A stretch of DNA of 64,000 bases from Candidatus Poribacteria bacterium (GCA_965222225.1 CBDCTK010000002.1:4288001-4352000), one strand, 5' to 3'. Shown: positions 10,424 to 21,048, numbered from the stretch's first letter. Notes: generated by a model from the sequence alone, not told the origin. Made by a program: numbers and translations.

Positions 10424-10681
10424 GAACCGAACCAAGTTGATCCCACGTGTGTAATTCTTAATTGTGTGATGACTATAAGATCGCAAGTTGCGTTTTTCCT
10501 GTTTTCTCGTAGTATCTGAAAACACTGTGTGCCTCGTTCGTTTTAGATTGGCAGATTTGGTATACCGAATTTGCGTGTACGATTATCTTGAGTGTCTCAA
10601 CTCACCTGTTAATAGATGCAGTAAAGCAACAGCCGGACATACAGTTGCCTCACCGTTACGAAAGGCTCAAGGACTAATCAC

Positions 10682-11491
10682 ATGAAAACGAAACTCTTGT
10701 CTATCTGCGTTAGTTTTCTTGGAATTGGTGCACTGTTCGCATTCGACATTTCAGCGCAATTAAGAGTTGAAGACACCGTCGGAATCTGGCTTCTTGACGA
10801 AGGTCGAGGTAAGAACGCCAAGGAGATGGCAGGAAAGGGCCTTGATGGAGAATTGATTAATGGTCCCCAGTGGGTTAATGGGAAGTTCGGTAAAGCGATT
10901 CGCTTTGATGGAGTGTCGCAGTACGTAGAGGTCAATGACCCGCTAAACGTGGGAAGGCTCGGGACGAGTCATAGTATCTCGGTCTGGGTAAATCCGAGCG
11001 CCACGCAGAATGCTCATGCGGACATGCTTGGCAATCACGGTAAACCCGGCGGATATGAGATTGAACAACGGGGCGGCGAGAACAACAACTTCTACTTTGG
11101 CATGAAAATTAATGACACATGGCAAGGAGGACCATGGGCGGATCGTCCCTCAACCAAGCTGGCTGACGGGAAGTGGAACCATTTTGTTGTCATTCGCGAT
11201 ACCGTTACTGTCAAACACTACTTGAATGGGAAGAAAACCGTCGAGTATAAAATCTCCGACGACCCAGTTGACGACAGCCAGGGAAATTTTCTCTTTGGCC
11301 ATAGCGCCTGCTGCGCAGGTCGCAATTTTAAGGGACTTCTAGACGAGGTAGTCATATTCAAGAAAGCAATAGGCACAGACGAAATTCACGCGCTTTCCAA
11401 AGGTGTGGAGGCGGCGATGCATGTCGAATCAACAGGCAAACTCACAACAACGTGGGGCACACTGAAGTCCTACTACGATGCGACACCGTAA
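10682..11491 (+). CDS. Secreted LamG domain protein (tandem paralog of 9303..10109)
   Basis: Shared core DMLGNHGKPGGYEIEQRG...WQGGPWA and SACC; tail VESTGKLTTTWGTLK. Confidence 0.85.
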   Translation: MKTKLLSICVSFLGIGALFAFDISAQLRVEDTVGIWLLDEGRGKNAKEMAGKGLDGELINGPQWVNGKFGKAIRFDGVSQYVEVNDPLNVGRLGTSHSISVWVNPSATQNAHADMLGNHGKPGGYEIEQRGGENNNFYFGMKINDTWQGGPWADRPSTKLADGKWNHFVVIRDTVTVKHYLNGKKTVEYKISDDPVDDSQGNFLFGHSACCAGRNFKGLLDEVVIFKKAIGTDEIHALSKGVEAAMHVESTGKLTTTWGTLKSYYDATP

Positions 11492-11517
11492 GAACTGCAC
11501 CTGTGCGAATCCTCCGC

Positions 11518-11538
11518 GTAGGGTGCGCACCGAGCACC
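11518..11538 (+). repeat. GTAG-type REP palindrome (uninterrupted)
   Basis: GTAGGGTGCGCACCGAGCACC between convergent genes. Confidence 0.55.
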
Positions 11539-11640
11539 AGCCTTTTAGTATTCGAGATTCCGAAGTGTTTACATGAGGGGTACGGGGAATTGATGTCGGC
11601 TGGTTTTTTTATGGACAACCCTATACCTCTGAACGCAACC

Positions 11641-12462
11641 TTAATTTCCTGCCTTAATTTCTCCCCAAGTAACTGCCGCTTTCCCCGACGCCTCGACTGC
11701 AAAAAATCGCTTCAGGGATCCCCGCATCGCACGCTTGATTTCGGCATCTGTCAAAGCGGTGCTGAAGAAGGCGACCTCATCGATAATTCCCTTGAACCAC
11801 TGTTGAACACCGCCGCCGACCCAATTTCTCCCGCCAATCTTCAGCCCTGTCTCATTCGCATCCACTTTAGGCACGAGATCGATTTCCTCCGCAACCTTTC
11901 CATCCACGTAGAGCAAGCGTTTATTGGATTTCCTATCATCCTGCACCCCGACCACATGGTACCACTTGTTCGGCTTGATTTCGGGTCCGTTTGCGGTGGC
12001 GTTTTCGGCTCTTGATTGAAAAGCAAGTTGGTTCTTGTTGGTCAATGAGAGCCGATAAGTCGGTGTGTTGTCCCAGTCGAGCCCCCCCTCCTTGAAATAG
12101 CTCTTGTCAATAATCGAGTAGAACTCTTTGTCGATAACCTTCGGAAATATCCATGCCATGATTGTAAAACTTCCTTTGTCGCCGATATCCAAGGAGAGGC
12201 TATCGTGGTCCGCAACCTCGACGTGCCCCTTGAATCCCGTAAATTCCAGCGCGCCGGCAAACTTCCCCTCTTTCACCCATTTGACGCCCTTTCCCACCAA
12301 GGTCGTCTTGTGCCCATTCAGACTTAGATCTCTCGTGTTCGTGCCCAGACCCTCGTCAAAGGGAAGATAAAGAACGAGTGACTCCTCCTGTATTGCGTCT
12401 ACGCTCCAGACAAACAGAACGGCAGAGCAAGCAACCATTATGCCCAGAATTAATGTTTTCAT
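11641..12462 (-). CDS. Secreted LamG domain protein
   Basis: Signal peptide; LVLYLPFDEG, GKFAGALEF, WYHVVGV, LYVDG, GIIDEVAFF; tail VEASGKAAVTWGEIK; RBS AGGAGG. Confidence 0.85.
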   Translation of the reverse strand: MKTLILGIMVACSAVLFVWSVDAIQEESLVLYLPFDEGLGTNTRDLSLNGHKTTLVGKGVKWVKEGKFAGALEFTGFKGHVEVADHDSLSLDIGDKGSFTIMAWIFPKVIDKEFYSIIDKSYFKEGGLDWDNTPTYRLSLTNKNQLAFQSRAENATANGPEIKPNKWYHVVGVQDDRKSNKRLLYVDGKVAEEIDLVPKVDANETGLKIGGRNWVGGGVQQWFKGIIDEVAFFSTALTDAEIKRAMRGSLKRFFAVEASGKAAVTWGEIKAGN

Positions 12463-12580
12463 AAGCTGATCCTCCTGTGTCAACGTGAATACCCAAAAAC
12501 GGCTATTTCATTCTAACACGTTTTGCGTCTCAGATCAACAAAAACCGTTGGCTAGATCGTATTCATGAAAAGGGCATCTA

Positions 12581-12923
12581 GGCGCCGTTGACATTTCGTC
12601 GTCACCTGATGATCGAAGGAGGCAAAAGTAAGTTTGCTCAGATGAGCAAATTGGCCAAAGCAACCGAGTTTGTGGTAAGTCAGGGCGGGCAGGAAGATCC
12701 CTATCGCATTCGCTATTCGCTCATTTGATCCCCGCCCCTACGGGTTCTGTTTCTGCTTTGCACGTGTTTTGACATGTGGACACAGCTTTACTCGTTTGAG
12801 GAACGACCGAAAAACAAGTCCCCTGGTTAGACATGCACCGGCAACCGTAGGGGTTGGGTCTCCCAACCCTTTGGATGCCTCCGTCGAATTACGCATGCGC
12901 CTAACACAAATGTCAACAGAACC
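12581..12923. mobile_element. Putative MITE with IS5-like ends, containing two inverted REPs and one 35-bp module (12696..12730)
   Basis: Left end (cTA)GGCGCCGTTGACATTT, right end AAATGTCAACAGAACC(TAg): imperfect terminal inverted repeats with a TA duplication. No transposase ORF. Confidence 0.55.
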
Positions 12924-13141
12924 TAGTAATCATCCTTTAGGCGTGCCTCGGATTAACACCTTTTCTCGTGCCAGCTACGTATCAGTATCTGAATATGTCA
13001 CCGAAAATCACTGAACCCTTACCGCTGCCCTGTGCCTCCATAATTCTTTGAACAGAAAGTCATGCCTTTATGATATAATCGGGGGGAGTGAGGCCGTCCC
13101 TCACCCACCTAACCGATGAATCAAAAGGGAAAGCATTCGGT

Positions 13142-15067
13142 ATGGCCGTCGAGGCAGCAAACCAAAGGATAAACGTCACATGGCGATCGGTCATTATAGG
13201 TCTCCTCCTCATCCCACTGAATGCCGTCTGGATTATGCAGATGGAAGCGGTCTACTACTCCGCGCACTCGACGCTAATCGCTCTTTTCTTCAACGTCGTG
13301 TGTAATATCCTAATCCTAATATTGCTGAACATCCCGTTACGAAAGCTATCTCCGAGCTTGGCTTTCAACCAAGGGGAACTTCTCACTATCTATATGATGC
13401 TGAGTTTGTCCTCCGCTCTCGTTGGTCACAGTATGTTACAAGTTCTGCCGCCGACGATGGCGGCCCCCTTGGCTTTAGCCACGCCGGAGAATGACTGGCA
13501 CGACTTGTTTTGGCGACACATCCCACAATGGCTTGCTATCAGCGACGAGCGAGCGCTTGATGGATATGTCAGAGGCGTGAAGAAGGGGGAGCCAACACTT
13601 TATTTGCCGCGAAATATTGAAGCGTGGCTTATGCCGGTTCTCGCATGGTCTGTGTTCGTTGTTGTGCTCATGTTTGTCATGCTTTGTATAAACATCATCA
13701 TCCGCAAGCAGTGGACGGATAGAGAGAAGCTCACATATCCGATTGCCCAACTGCCATTTGAGATGACGAAGTCGGGGACTGGGTTGTTTAGCAGCAAACT
13801 GTTTTGGCTCAGTTTTTCCATTGTCGGACTCATCGGAATCGTCAATGGATTGAGTTTTTTCTTTCCCAACGTCCCCTTTCTCCGTAACACGCCGCCGCTT
13901 GACCTAGCTGTCTACTTTACCACTAAACCTTGGAACGCATTGGGCAAAACTGCACTTCTGATTAGGCCTTTCATCTTGGGACTAGTTTTTCTCATCCCCC
14001 TTGACATCGCTTTTTCCTGTTGGTTCTTCTTCTTTTTTTGGAAGGCTCAGTTGATTTCAGCGAGCGCTTTGGGCTGGAGGGAACGTCCGGAGTTTCCCGA
14101 ACAGAGCATGGGCGCATACATCGCGCTCTCTGCTATCGCATTGTGGACGGGCAGACGCCACCTGATACGCTTCTTCAAATCTGCGTGGAATGCAGATCTT
14201 CGGACTGGTGTCAATGACAACTTGACCGAGCCGCTACGATACCGTACGGCGGTGATTGGACTCGTCTTAGGCTTCGCCTTCCTCGTTATTTTCTGCTGGT
14301 ATGCGGAGATGTCGATGTGGGCGGCGGTTGTCTTCTTCGCACTATTCTTGATGACCGAAATAGGGATTACGCGAATTCGCGCCGAGGTCGGGTCGCCTAT
14401 CCACGACCTTCACTTCGCAGGGCCAGAATATCTGATGGTAGACGCTGTTGGAACACGCAAATTAGGTTCAAGCAGTTTGACCGTGATGTCCTTTTTCTGG
14501 TTCTTGACACGTGCGCACTACAGTGACGTCATGCCACACCAACTTGAAGGCTTCAAGCTGGCAGATCGTGCACGCATGAATCAGCGTAGTGTTCTCATCG
14601 CCATGCTCGTTGCAACAATCTTTGGTACATTTGTCGCTTTCTGGGCAATCCTTGACGCTTCGTACAGATTTGGAAGCGCGTGGAGCGGAAGCGAGCCGTT
14701 CCTACGCTTGAGTGGCTGGCTCACCTACTCAAAATCGACAGACCTCGCCGGGGTCGGCTTCTTTGCCTATGGTCTGTTAATCGGACTCTTTCTTATGGTC
14801 ATGCGACTTCGATTCATTTGGTGGCCCTTTCATCCCGCCGGCTATGCCGTGTCTAGCACCTACGGAATGCGCGGTTTATGGTCAATGTTCTTTCTCGCCT
14901 GGCTTGTCAAACTGCTAGTTCTAAAACACGGTGGACTAAAACTGCATCGTCGAATTCTACCACTGTTCTACGGTATGATTCTTGGCGATTTCGTCGTAGG
15001 CGGATTCTGGGCGCTTTTCGGCGTGGTATTCCAAACTCCGACCTATAATTTTTTAAAGTGGTGGTAG
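13142..15067 (+). CDS. DUF6785/DUF6784-type multi-pass membrane protein
   Basis: GELLTIY, ATPENDW, RKQWTDREKLTYPIAQLP, TRIRAEVG, MPHQLEGFKL, WWPFHPAGY. Confidence 0.8.
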   Translation: MAVEAANQRINVTWRSVIIGLLLIPLNAVWIMQMEAVYYSAHSTLIALFFNVVCNILILILLNIPLRKLSPSLAFNQGELLTIYMMLSLSSALVGHSMLQVLPPTMAAPLALATPENDWHDLFWRHIPQWLAISDERALDGYVRGVKKGEPTLYLPRNIEAWLMPVLAWSVFVVVLMFVMLCINIIIRKQWTDREKLTYPIAQLPFEMTKSGTGLFSSKLFWLSFSIVGLIGIVNGLSFFFPNVPFLRNTPPLDLAVYFTTKPWNALGKTALLIRPFILGLVFLIPLDIAFSCWFFFFFWKAQLISASALGWRERPEFPEQSMGAYIALSAIALWTGRRHLIRFFKSAWNADLRTGVNDNLTEPLRYRTAVIGLVLGFAFLVIFCWYAEMSMWAAVVFFALFLMTEIGITRIRAEVGSPIHDLHFAGPEYLMVDAVGTRKLGSSSLTVMSFFWFLTRAHYSDVMPHQLEGFKLADRARMNQRSVLIAMLVATIFGTFVAFWAILDASYRFGSAWSGSEPFLRLSGWLTYSKSTDLAGVGFFAYGLLIGLFLMVMRLRFIWWPFHPAGYAVSSTYGMRGLWSMFFLAWLVKLLVLKHGGLKLHRRILPLFYGMILGDFVVGGFWALFGVVFQTPTYNFLKWW

Positions 15068-15130
15068 CAATCTTTCTGTTATAATGACATGAACTTAATC
15101 CTCTACCTACTCAAGACAAGGAGATAGATT

Positions 15131-15550
15131 ATGGCAAAAATCGAAATGTACAAAGGTTATGACACGGAACCACCATTTCCCAAACCGGAAGAGAAAGTGC
15201 TGCCGAATATCGTCACCGTCCAAGATGGAATGCCCGTGAAATACCGAAACTGCGAAGGCATCGGCGTACGGATTCTCCATCCCAGCAATCCAAAAGCGCC
15301 CGCTAAGAACATGAGTCTCGTGATGTTTTATGTTCCGCCCCATGTCGAGTTAGAACCGGGCACGGGGCACCACACAGAGGAATGTTACGTCATCCTGAGA
15401 GGCAAAGGAACAATGACGCTGGCAGATAAAAAAGTAGAGGTAGAAGCCGGTACGTTTATCCACCTGCCACCATGGTGCGAGCACGGTATTGAGAACACCG
15501 GCGACGAGACGTTGGAGATATTGATCTGTACCTCACCGCCAAACCCCTAG
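15131..15550 (+). CDS. Cupin domain protein
   Basis: HHTEECYVILRGKG and HLPPWCEHGIENTG cupin motifs; RBS AAGGAG. Confidence 0.85.
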   Translation: MAKIEMYKGYDTEPPFPKPEEKVLPNIVTVQDGMPVKYRNCEGIGVRILHPSNPKAPAKNMSLVMFYVPPHVELEPGTGHHTEECYVILRGKGTMTLADKKVEVEAGTFIHLPPWCEHGIENTGDETLEILICTSPPNP

Positions 15551-15795
15551 TCCTTTGAATGTGGCTAGTCAGCGTAACCGTGAATTTGATTCATGAAAAG
15601 CCTAATTCAGACTCCGTCGTGATTTGAAAATTGGTGAAACCTTGTTACACGCCCGATCTCGACTAACAAACCCAGAATGCTCCCGGCTGAGCTATGCCGA
15701 AATCCTGGGAGTTTCGTTTGACCCACTCACCGATGCTTAGGGGTGATTTTAATCACATCACAAGGTTTGGATATTCACGAAGAAAAATACCTACT

Positions 15796-17595
15796 ATGGA
15801 TAAAACTCTTACTGCTTTGATTGTATTCCTGGCAATAGGGTTAACTGCATGTGGCATCTGTCGGCTCGCACATGCAGACGAAGATCCGGACGGAAACGAA
15901 GTCATTGTGACACAATATGAGTGGGGCAACGTCCAATATCATATCTCGCTCGCCGACCTAAAGTCCGCCATAAGGAAACTGCCGAGAAATCGTCGTGACA
16001 AACTTGAATCTAAAAAGAACGTGGTGGAATATCTTGAGGAACTTACGGATGAAAAACTAAAAGTCCGGGACGCCATCGGCAGAAACTTGGATACGGATTC
16101 ATCTCTGCTAAAATCGGTAGAGGAATATCAACAGCAGCGGATGGTGCGACGCTTAATAGAGATCGAAGTCGATGAGAAAATGGCTTATACCGAGGCAGAA
16201 CTCAAGGCGTACTACAATGCGCACAAAGAGGATTACTTGGCGAAAGCCGAGTCGCACGCCACCTGTATTAGTCTCACCAATAGTCGCCGAGCTCAAGAGG
16301 TACTAGATGACATAAAAAACGGAAAAGATATCGCGGAATTGGCGATAGAACTTTCAAGAAAGGGGGAGCTGAGGGGCCCCGGTGATACCGAATCCGACCC
16401 GGGCAAAACACGACTTTTTGCCCAAACCGAATATCCACGCTGGAAAAAGTTTGCAGACGCCGTGTTCGCGCTGGATATCGGCGAAATGACTGAGGAAGTT
16501 TTTGAAAGCGAAGTCAGCAATGTGACCTATTACATGATTTTCCGAAAAGACGCTAATATACCCGAACGGCAAAAGCTCTACGATGAAGTGAAGGATGACG
16601 TTGAGCGGAAAGTCCAAGACCAGAAGAAACGTCTAGGCTTTGCGCAGTGGATGAGTGCGGTACGCGAGGATGCCAAATTCGTCATTTATTCAGATCGCCT
16701 TCCTGCTCCGTCAGCCATATACGGCGTCCAATCGGGCGAGAGAGAAATCCGATGTGACGAAACCGATACGGCGATAATTGCCGAATTTGAGTGCGGAGGC
16801 AAACAGATAATCACGCTCGCGGAGGTACAAAATGAACTTAACGGTCTCCCTAAATTTGCGAGAAAGAAATATGAGGATAAGGCAGGAATTGAGGAATACA
16901 TTAATCTCATGGCTGAGAGTCGCTTAATGTTGTGCCTTGGCAAGGAACGAAAGATTGATGAAGAGGCAAATATTATTGAGGAAGTGAGAGACCATCAACA
17001 CAAAATACTAATTGACAAAGCCACAGAATTGGAAGTCGATCAGAATCTCCAACTCACCGAGGAAGACTACCGGCGCTACTACGAGAAACACAAGGCAGAC
17101 TATTTTCAACCAGAGAAAGTACGTCTCACATGCATAACACTCCGGAGCAAGGAGTTGGCAGAACAGGTCTTCCCACGAATTCGGGATGGCGAAGAAATAA
17201 GCGAGATTGCCATAGAACTGTCTGACAGAGGGGAACTGGCGGTGGGACCGGGGTCGAACCCCAAAAAACCGGGTGATACGGGTTTCTTCACACACGCATC
17301 ATATATTGAGCGGGCAAAAGCTTTCGCCGATGCCGCCTTTGCGATTGAAGTCGATGAAATGGTAAAGGCGGTTTTCCCGATCGAAGTTGAGGGAGAGCAG
17401 TATTACCTAATCTTTCGGAAGGAAGAATATCGTGAGGCGCGCCAACCAGAATTTGAAGAAGATAGGATACGCCGGCGCGTGGAAAAAGACGCTGAACGCC
17501 AAGAACGTCAAAGCCTTACCGACAAGTGGTTATCTCGGCTGCGCGAACGAGCGCTCGTTAAAACCTTTCCAGACCGAATACCCGAATCATTGTAG
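15796..17595 (+). CDS. Exported tandem PrsA/PpiC-like (parvulin) foldase
   Basis: Signal peptide plus two repeats of YY..HK.DY...TCI.L...ELAIELS..GEL..GPG...FADA.FA...YY.IFRK. Confidence 0.7.
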   Translation: MDKTLTALIVFLAIGLTACGICRLAHADEDPDGNEVIVTQYEWGNVQYHISLADLKSAIRKLPRNRRDKLESKKNVVEYLEELTDEKLKVRDAIGRNLDTDSSLLKSVEEYQQQRMVRRLIEIEVDEKMAYTEAELKAYYNAHKEDYLAKAESHATCISLTNSRRAQEVLDDIKNGKDIAELAIELSRKGELRGPGDTESDPGKTRLFAQTEYPRWKKFADAVFALDIGEMTEEVFESEVSNVTYYMIFRKDANIPERQKLYDEVKDDVERKVQDQKKRLGFAQWMSAVREDAKFVIYSDRLPAPSAIYGVQSGEREIRCDETDTAIIAEFECGGKQIITLAEVQNELNGLPKFARKKYEDKAGIEEYINLMAESRLMLCLGKERKIDEEANIIEEVRDHQHKILIDKATELEVDQNLQLTEEDYRRYYEKHKADYFQPEKVRLTCITLRSKELAEQVFPRIRDGEEISEIAIELSDRGELAVGPGSNPKKPGDTGFFTHASYIERAKAFADAAFAIEVDEMVKAVFPIEVEGEQYYLIFRKEEYREARQPEFEEDRIRRRVEKDAERQERQSLTDKWLSRLRERALVKTFPDRIPESL

Positions 17596-17676
17596 GGTGC
17601 GCACTGCGATTAAGCAAACGCATAGTGCGCGATCAAGTGAATGCACAATGACCGCGATAGAACTCCCATAGAATCC
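17592..17676 (-). repeat. REP arm plus two nested 35-bp modules
   Basis: GTAGGGTGCGCACTGC, then an outer module (17608..17630 and 17668..17676) interrupted by an inner module (17631..17665). The REP GTAG supplies the foldase stop codon. Confidence 0.75.
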
Positions 17677-17788
17677 CAACCAGCCTTCTTGGATTCGGAG
17701 AATCTCATGTATGAAGACTGATAGCGGCAGATGGGGATGTAGGCTAGGACTATAAACCTCAACAAGGTCTCTCGCCCCAGCCACATAA

Positions 17789-19033
17789 TCATCCAATCAA
17801 TGACAGTACAGGTTCTGCCAAAAGCTGACAGACCCTTTCCAAGAACCGCGCCGCCGGGACACCGTCCATTACGCGATGATCGAACGTTAGGCTCAACGAC
17901 ATCATCTCGCCGGTGACAACCTCGTCGCCCACAACAATCGGTTCGCGGACAATACGGCCAACACCCAAGATTGCGGATTGCGGTAAGTTAATGATCGGAG
18001 TAAACGAATCAACACCGTAACCCCCCAGATTGGTTATCGTAAAGACGCCGTTCTGCAATTGATTGGCTTTCAACTCGCCTCTTCGCGCGGCTTCAACTAT
18101 TTGCCGCGATTCCCCGGCAATTTTCGATAAACTCTTTTCCAGAACATCGAAAATGACCGGTGCAAGTAAGCCACTCTCCGTGTCAACGGCGAAGGCGATA
18201 TTGATATTCTCGGGAATGAATATACCGTCGTTGCGCCATTGTCCCGTAATCATCGGGTGCTCACCTACGGCAATTGCCACGAGTTTCAGAACCATATCTG
18301 TGTAGGTTGGAGAGGATTCGTACTGATTTGAGTCTTTGAATCTATCGCGCAGTGCCACCAAGCCGGATGCATCCACTTTTGTCGTAATGGTTACTGGGGC
18401 TGCCTCGTTCACACCGGCGACCATTCGCTCGGCAATCGTTTGCCGTATTCGCGTAATCGGGACTGTCTTTCCTCGCACTGCTGTAGGCGGAACTTCTACT
18501 GGCGCCGGCGCCTTCGAATCGAGAGCGGCTGACCTGATGTCCTCTTCTCGAATGCGCCCTCCAGCACCGCTTCCACGGAGACCCGACCAATCAACTCCAA
18601 GTTCGCGCGCCACACGACGTGCGCGGGGAGTAATCGCAGTTCTCTTGGGGGACGGGCTAGCCGGTTCAGCCAGCTTAGTTTTTGGCACGGAGGGAGGTGT
18701 TGCGGACTGAGCTACCGGTTCCTCCTGACGAGGCGGTTCGGGGGCTTTCGGCTTGGCGACTCCTTCCAACTCAAACGGAGGGGTTTCACCCTCCTCCACC
18801 AAGTAGGCAAGCAACTGGCTCACCACAACCTCGTCACCGGGTTGCGGTGCATCGGGTGGTATTCGCAGAATCCCTGCATCAAATGATTCAATTTCTTGCG
18901 ACGCCTTTTCGCCTTCGAGGACAAATACCATCTCACCCGCTTCAACTTTCTCGCCATCCTGTTTTAGCCACTCTACAAACGTACCTTCGTCCATAGACCA
19001 ACCAAGACGTGGTACAACAATCTCAATTGCCAT
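17789..19033 (-). CDS. Dihydrolipoamide acyltransferase (E2)
   Basis: Lipoyl domain EGEKASQE, E3-binding TPRARR..GSG.GGRI, catalytic DHRVMDG. Confidence 0.92.
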   Translation of the reverse strand: MAIEIVVPRLGWSMDEGTFVEWLKQDGEKVEAGEMVFVLEGEKASQEIESFDAGILRIPPDAPQPGDEVVVSQLLAYLVEEGETPPFELEGVAKPKAPEPPRQEEPVAQSATPPSVPKTKLAEPASPSPKRTAITPRARRVARELGVDWSGLRGSGAGGRIREEDIRSAALDSKAPAPVEVPPTAVRGKTVPITRIRQTIAERMVAGVNEAAPVTITTKVDASGLVALRDRFKDSNQYESSPTYTDMVLKLVAIAVGEHPMITGQWRNDGIFIPENINIAFAVDTESGLLAPVIFDVLEKSLSKIAGESRQIVEAARRGELKANQLQNGVFTITNLGGYGVDSFTPIINLPQSAILGVGRIVREPIVVGDEVVTGEMMSLSLTFDHRVMDGVPAARFLERVCQLLAEPVLSLIG

Positions 19034-19045
19034 CAATTCACCTCA

Positions 19046-21046
19046 TCATTCGGCGAGCAAGTCTCGAATCGCACGCTCAATACTTTCAACGTTGGGGACT
19101 ATTTCCTTTTCCAACGTCGGACTATACGGCGTTGGGGCAAATGCGCCATTCAGGCACTTTATCGGCGCGTCAAGGTCGTCGAAGCCGGCATCCGCTACCC
19201 GTGCTGCGATTTCAGAAGCCATACTGCACGGAGCAAAAACCTCGTCGACAACAAGAAGACGTCCCGTTTTGTGCACCGATTCCAAGATAGTCTCCAGATC
19301 GAGCGGCGAAACTGACCGCGGATCGATGATTTCCACGGATACACTTTCGTCTGCCAACCGTGCTGCAACTTTTTCCGCGTGATGGCGCATCAATGCCAAG
19401 GCGACAACTGTGAGATCCGTGCCTTCTCGAACAATGGTTGACTTTCCAAACGGAATCTCATACGACTCCTCGGGCACTGGGCCTTTTATTGCCATTAACT
19501 CCCGATGCTCAAGAAACAGTACCGGATCCGTGCACCGAAGCGCATGTGTGAACAAACCTTTGGCATCATACGGGGTGGCCGGCATTACAACGCGCAGCCC
19601 TGGAATCTGGGAATAGATGGAGTGATAGTTGCCCGAATGATGGGTAGCCGCCGAGTGCCCAATCCCGACGCAGCCGCGCACGAGAATCGGCATCTTCAAT
19701 CGTCCACTGCTCATGTATTGCATTTTGGCAATCTGATTGACGAGCTCCCCGAAACTGTCGTTAATGAAATCAAAAAACATGCAATCAATGACAGGTCGAG
19801 TGCCCGACATTGCAGCGCCGCCGCCAAGTCCGACAAATCCGCGCTCGCAGATTGGCGTATCGCATAGCCTGTCTGCGCCATATTTCTCGAATAAGCCGTA
19901 GGTTGTCATAAAGTTGCCGCCGCGGACACCAGACCCCTCTCCCATGACAAAGATAGTATCGTCTGCCGCCATCGCCGCGTCAAGTGCTTCAAGCGTCGCA
20001 CCGACGAACGTCGTCTCGCGATCTCCTTTCGAAGGTGGCTCCGAAATTGAATCCGTCGCAGCCCCGGAATAAACATGGTCAGTCGCGGTTTTTCCATCCG
20101 GATAGCTACTCGCCTCGGCAAATTGGTGCGACTCGGCAACTAGCCCGCGAATCTCCTCGTCAATGGCATCCAACTCCGTGGCATCGGCCGTTCCTTTGTC
20201 TTTTAGCGTTCGTCGCAGTCGCTGAATGGGACATCGCTCCTTCCATTCTTCAACATTCTCTCGCGTGCGATAAGTGAAATCTCCCATGCCTTCCGCATGT
20301 GCCCGCGTCCGGTAGGTCTTACACTCGATTAACGTAGCGCCGCCGCCGCTACGAGCTCGATTGATCGCCTCTCCCGCGATTCGATAAATCTCCAAGACAT
20401 TGTTCCCATCAACTTCATACCCGGGTATTCCATAGCTTGAGGCGCGTCGACCTACATCGGGAATTCCGCTTGCATACTCAAACGGCACTTCGGTGGCGAA
20501 TTGGTTGTTTTCGCAGACGAATATAACAGGCAAATTCCAAATGCTTGCCATGTTCAATCCTTCGTGGAACGCGCCGTTGTTCACGCCGCCATCGCCAAAA
20601 CACGCCACCGCGACATTGTCGGTTTTCTTGATTTTGAATGTGTATCCGCCGCCGCACGCTTGCAGAATACACGGCCCAACAATACCGCTCGTCCCCATTA
20701 GTCCTATTTCCGGTTTGAACAGATGCATACTGCCGCCGCGTCCTTGGGAACAGCCCGTTTCTCGCCCGTACAATTCCGCAATTAGCTCTCTCGGATGCAG
20801 CCCTTTGGCTAACGCATGGCCATGACCACGATGCGTGCTAAAGACAACATCGTCTACCCGCAAATGGGCAAAGACACCCGCTGCAATAGCCTCTTCTCCG
20901 ACATAGGTGTGACATGCTCCGTGTACCAGACCACGCTGATGGGATCTGGCGAGTTGTTCTTCAGACTGCCGAATCAACTGCATCGTGCGATAACAGTCAA
21001 GCACGGCGGCTTTGTTTAAGCCCGAATTTTCTTGTTGTGCTGCCAT
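19046..21046 (-). CDS. Fused E1 alpha/beta TPP-dependent dehydrogenase (AcoA/AcoB-like)
   Basis: STHRGHGH, GRGGSMH, FGDG...N TPP motif, then beta-subunit DTPICE, PATPYDAKGL, DP.LFLEH. Confidence 0.92.
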   Translation of the reverse strand: MAAQQENSGLNKAAVLDCYRTMQLIRQSEEQLARSHQRGLVHGACHTYVGEEAIAAGVFAHLRVDDVVFSTHRGHGHALAKGLHPRELIAELYGRETGCSQGRGGSMHLFKPEIGLMGTSGIVGPCILQACGGGYTFKIKKTDNVAVACFGDGGVNNGAFHEGLNMASIWNLPVIFVCENNQFATEVPFEYASGIPDVGRRASSYGIPGYEVDGNNVLEIYRIAGEAINRARSGGGATLIECKTYRTRAHAEGMGDFTYRTRENVEEWKERCPIQRLRRTLKDKGTADATELDAIDEEIRGLVAESHQFAEASSYPDGKTATDHVYSGAATDSISEPPSKGDRETTFVGATLEALDAAMAADDTIFVMGEGSGVRGGNFMTTYGLFEKYGADRLCDTPICERGFVGLGGGAAMSGTRPVIDCMFFDFINDSFGELVNQIAKMQYMSSGRLKMPILVRGCVGIGHSAATHHSGNYHSIYSQIPGLRVVMPATPYDAKGLFTHALRCTDPVLFLEHRELMAIKGPVPEESYEIPFGKSTIVREGTDLTVVALALMRHHAEKVAARLADESVSVEIIDPRSVSPLDLETILESVHKTGRLLVVDEVFAPCSMASEIAARVADAGFDDLDAPIKCLNGAFAPTPYSPTLEKEIVPNVESIERAIRDLLAE

Positions 21047-21048
21047 TC

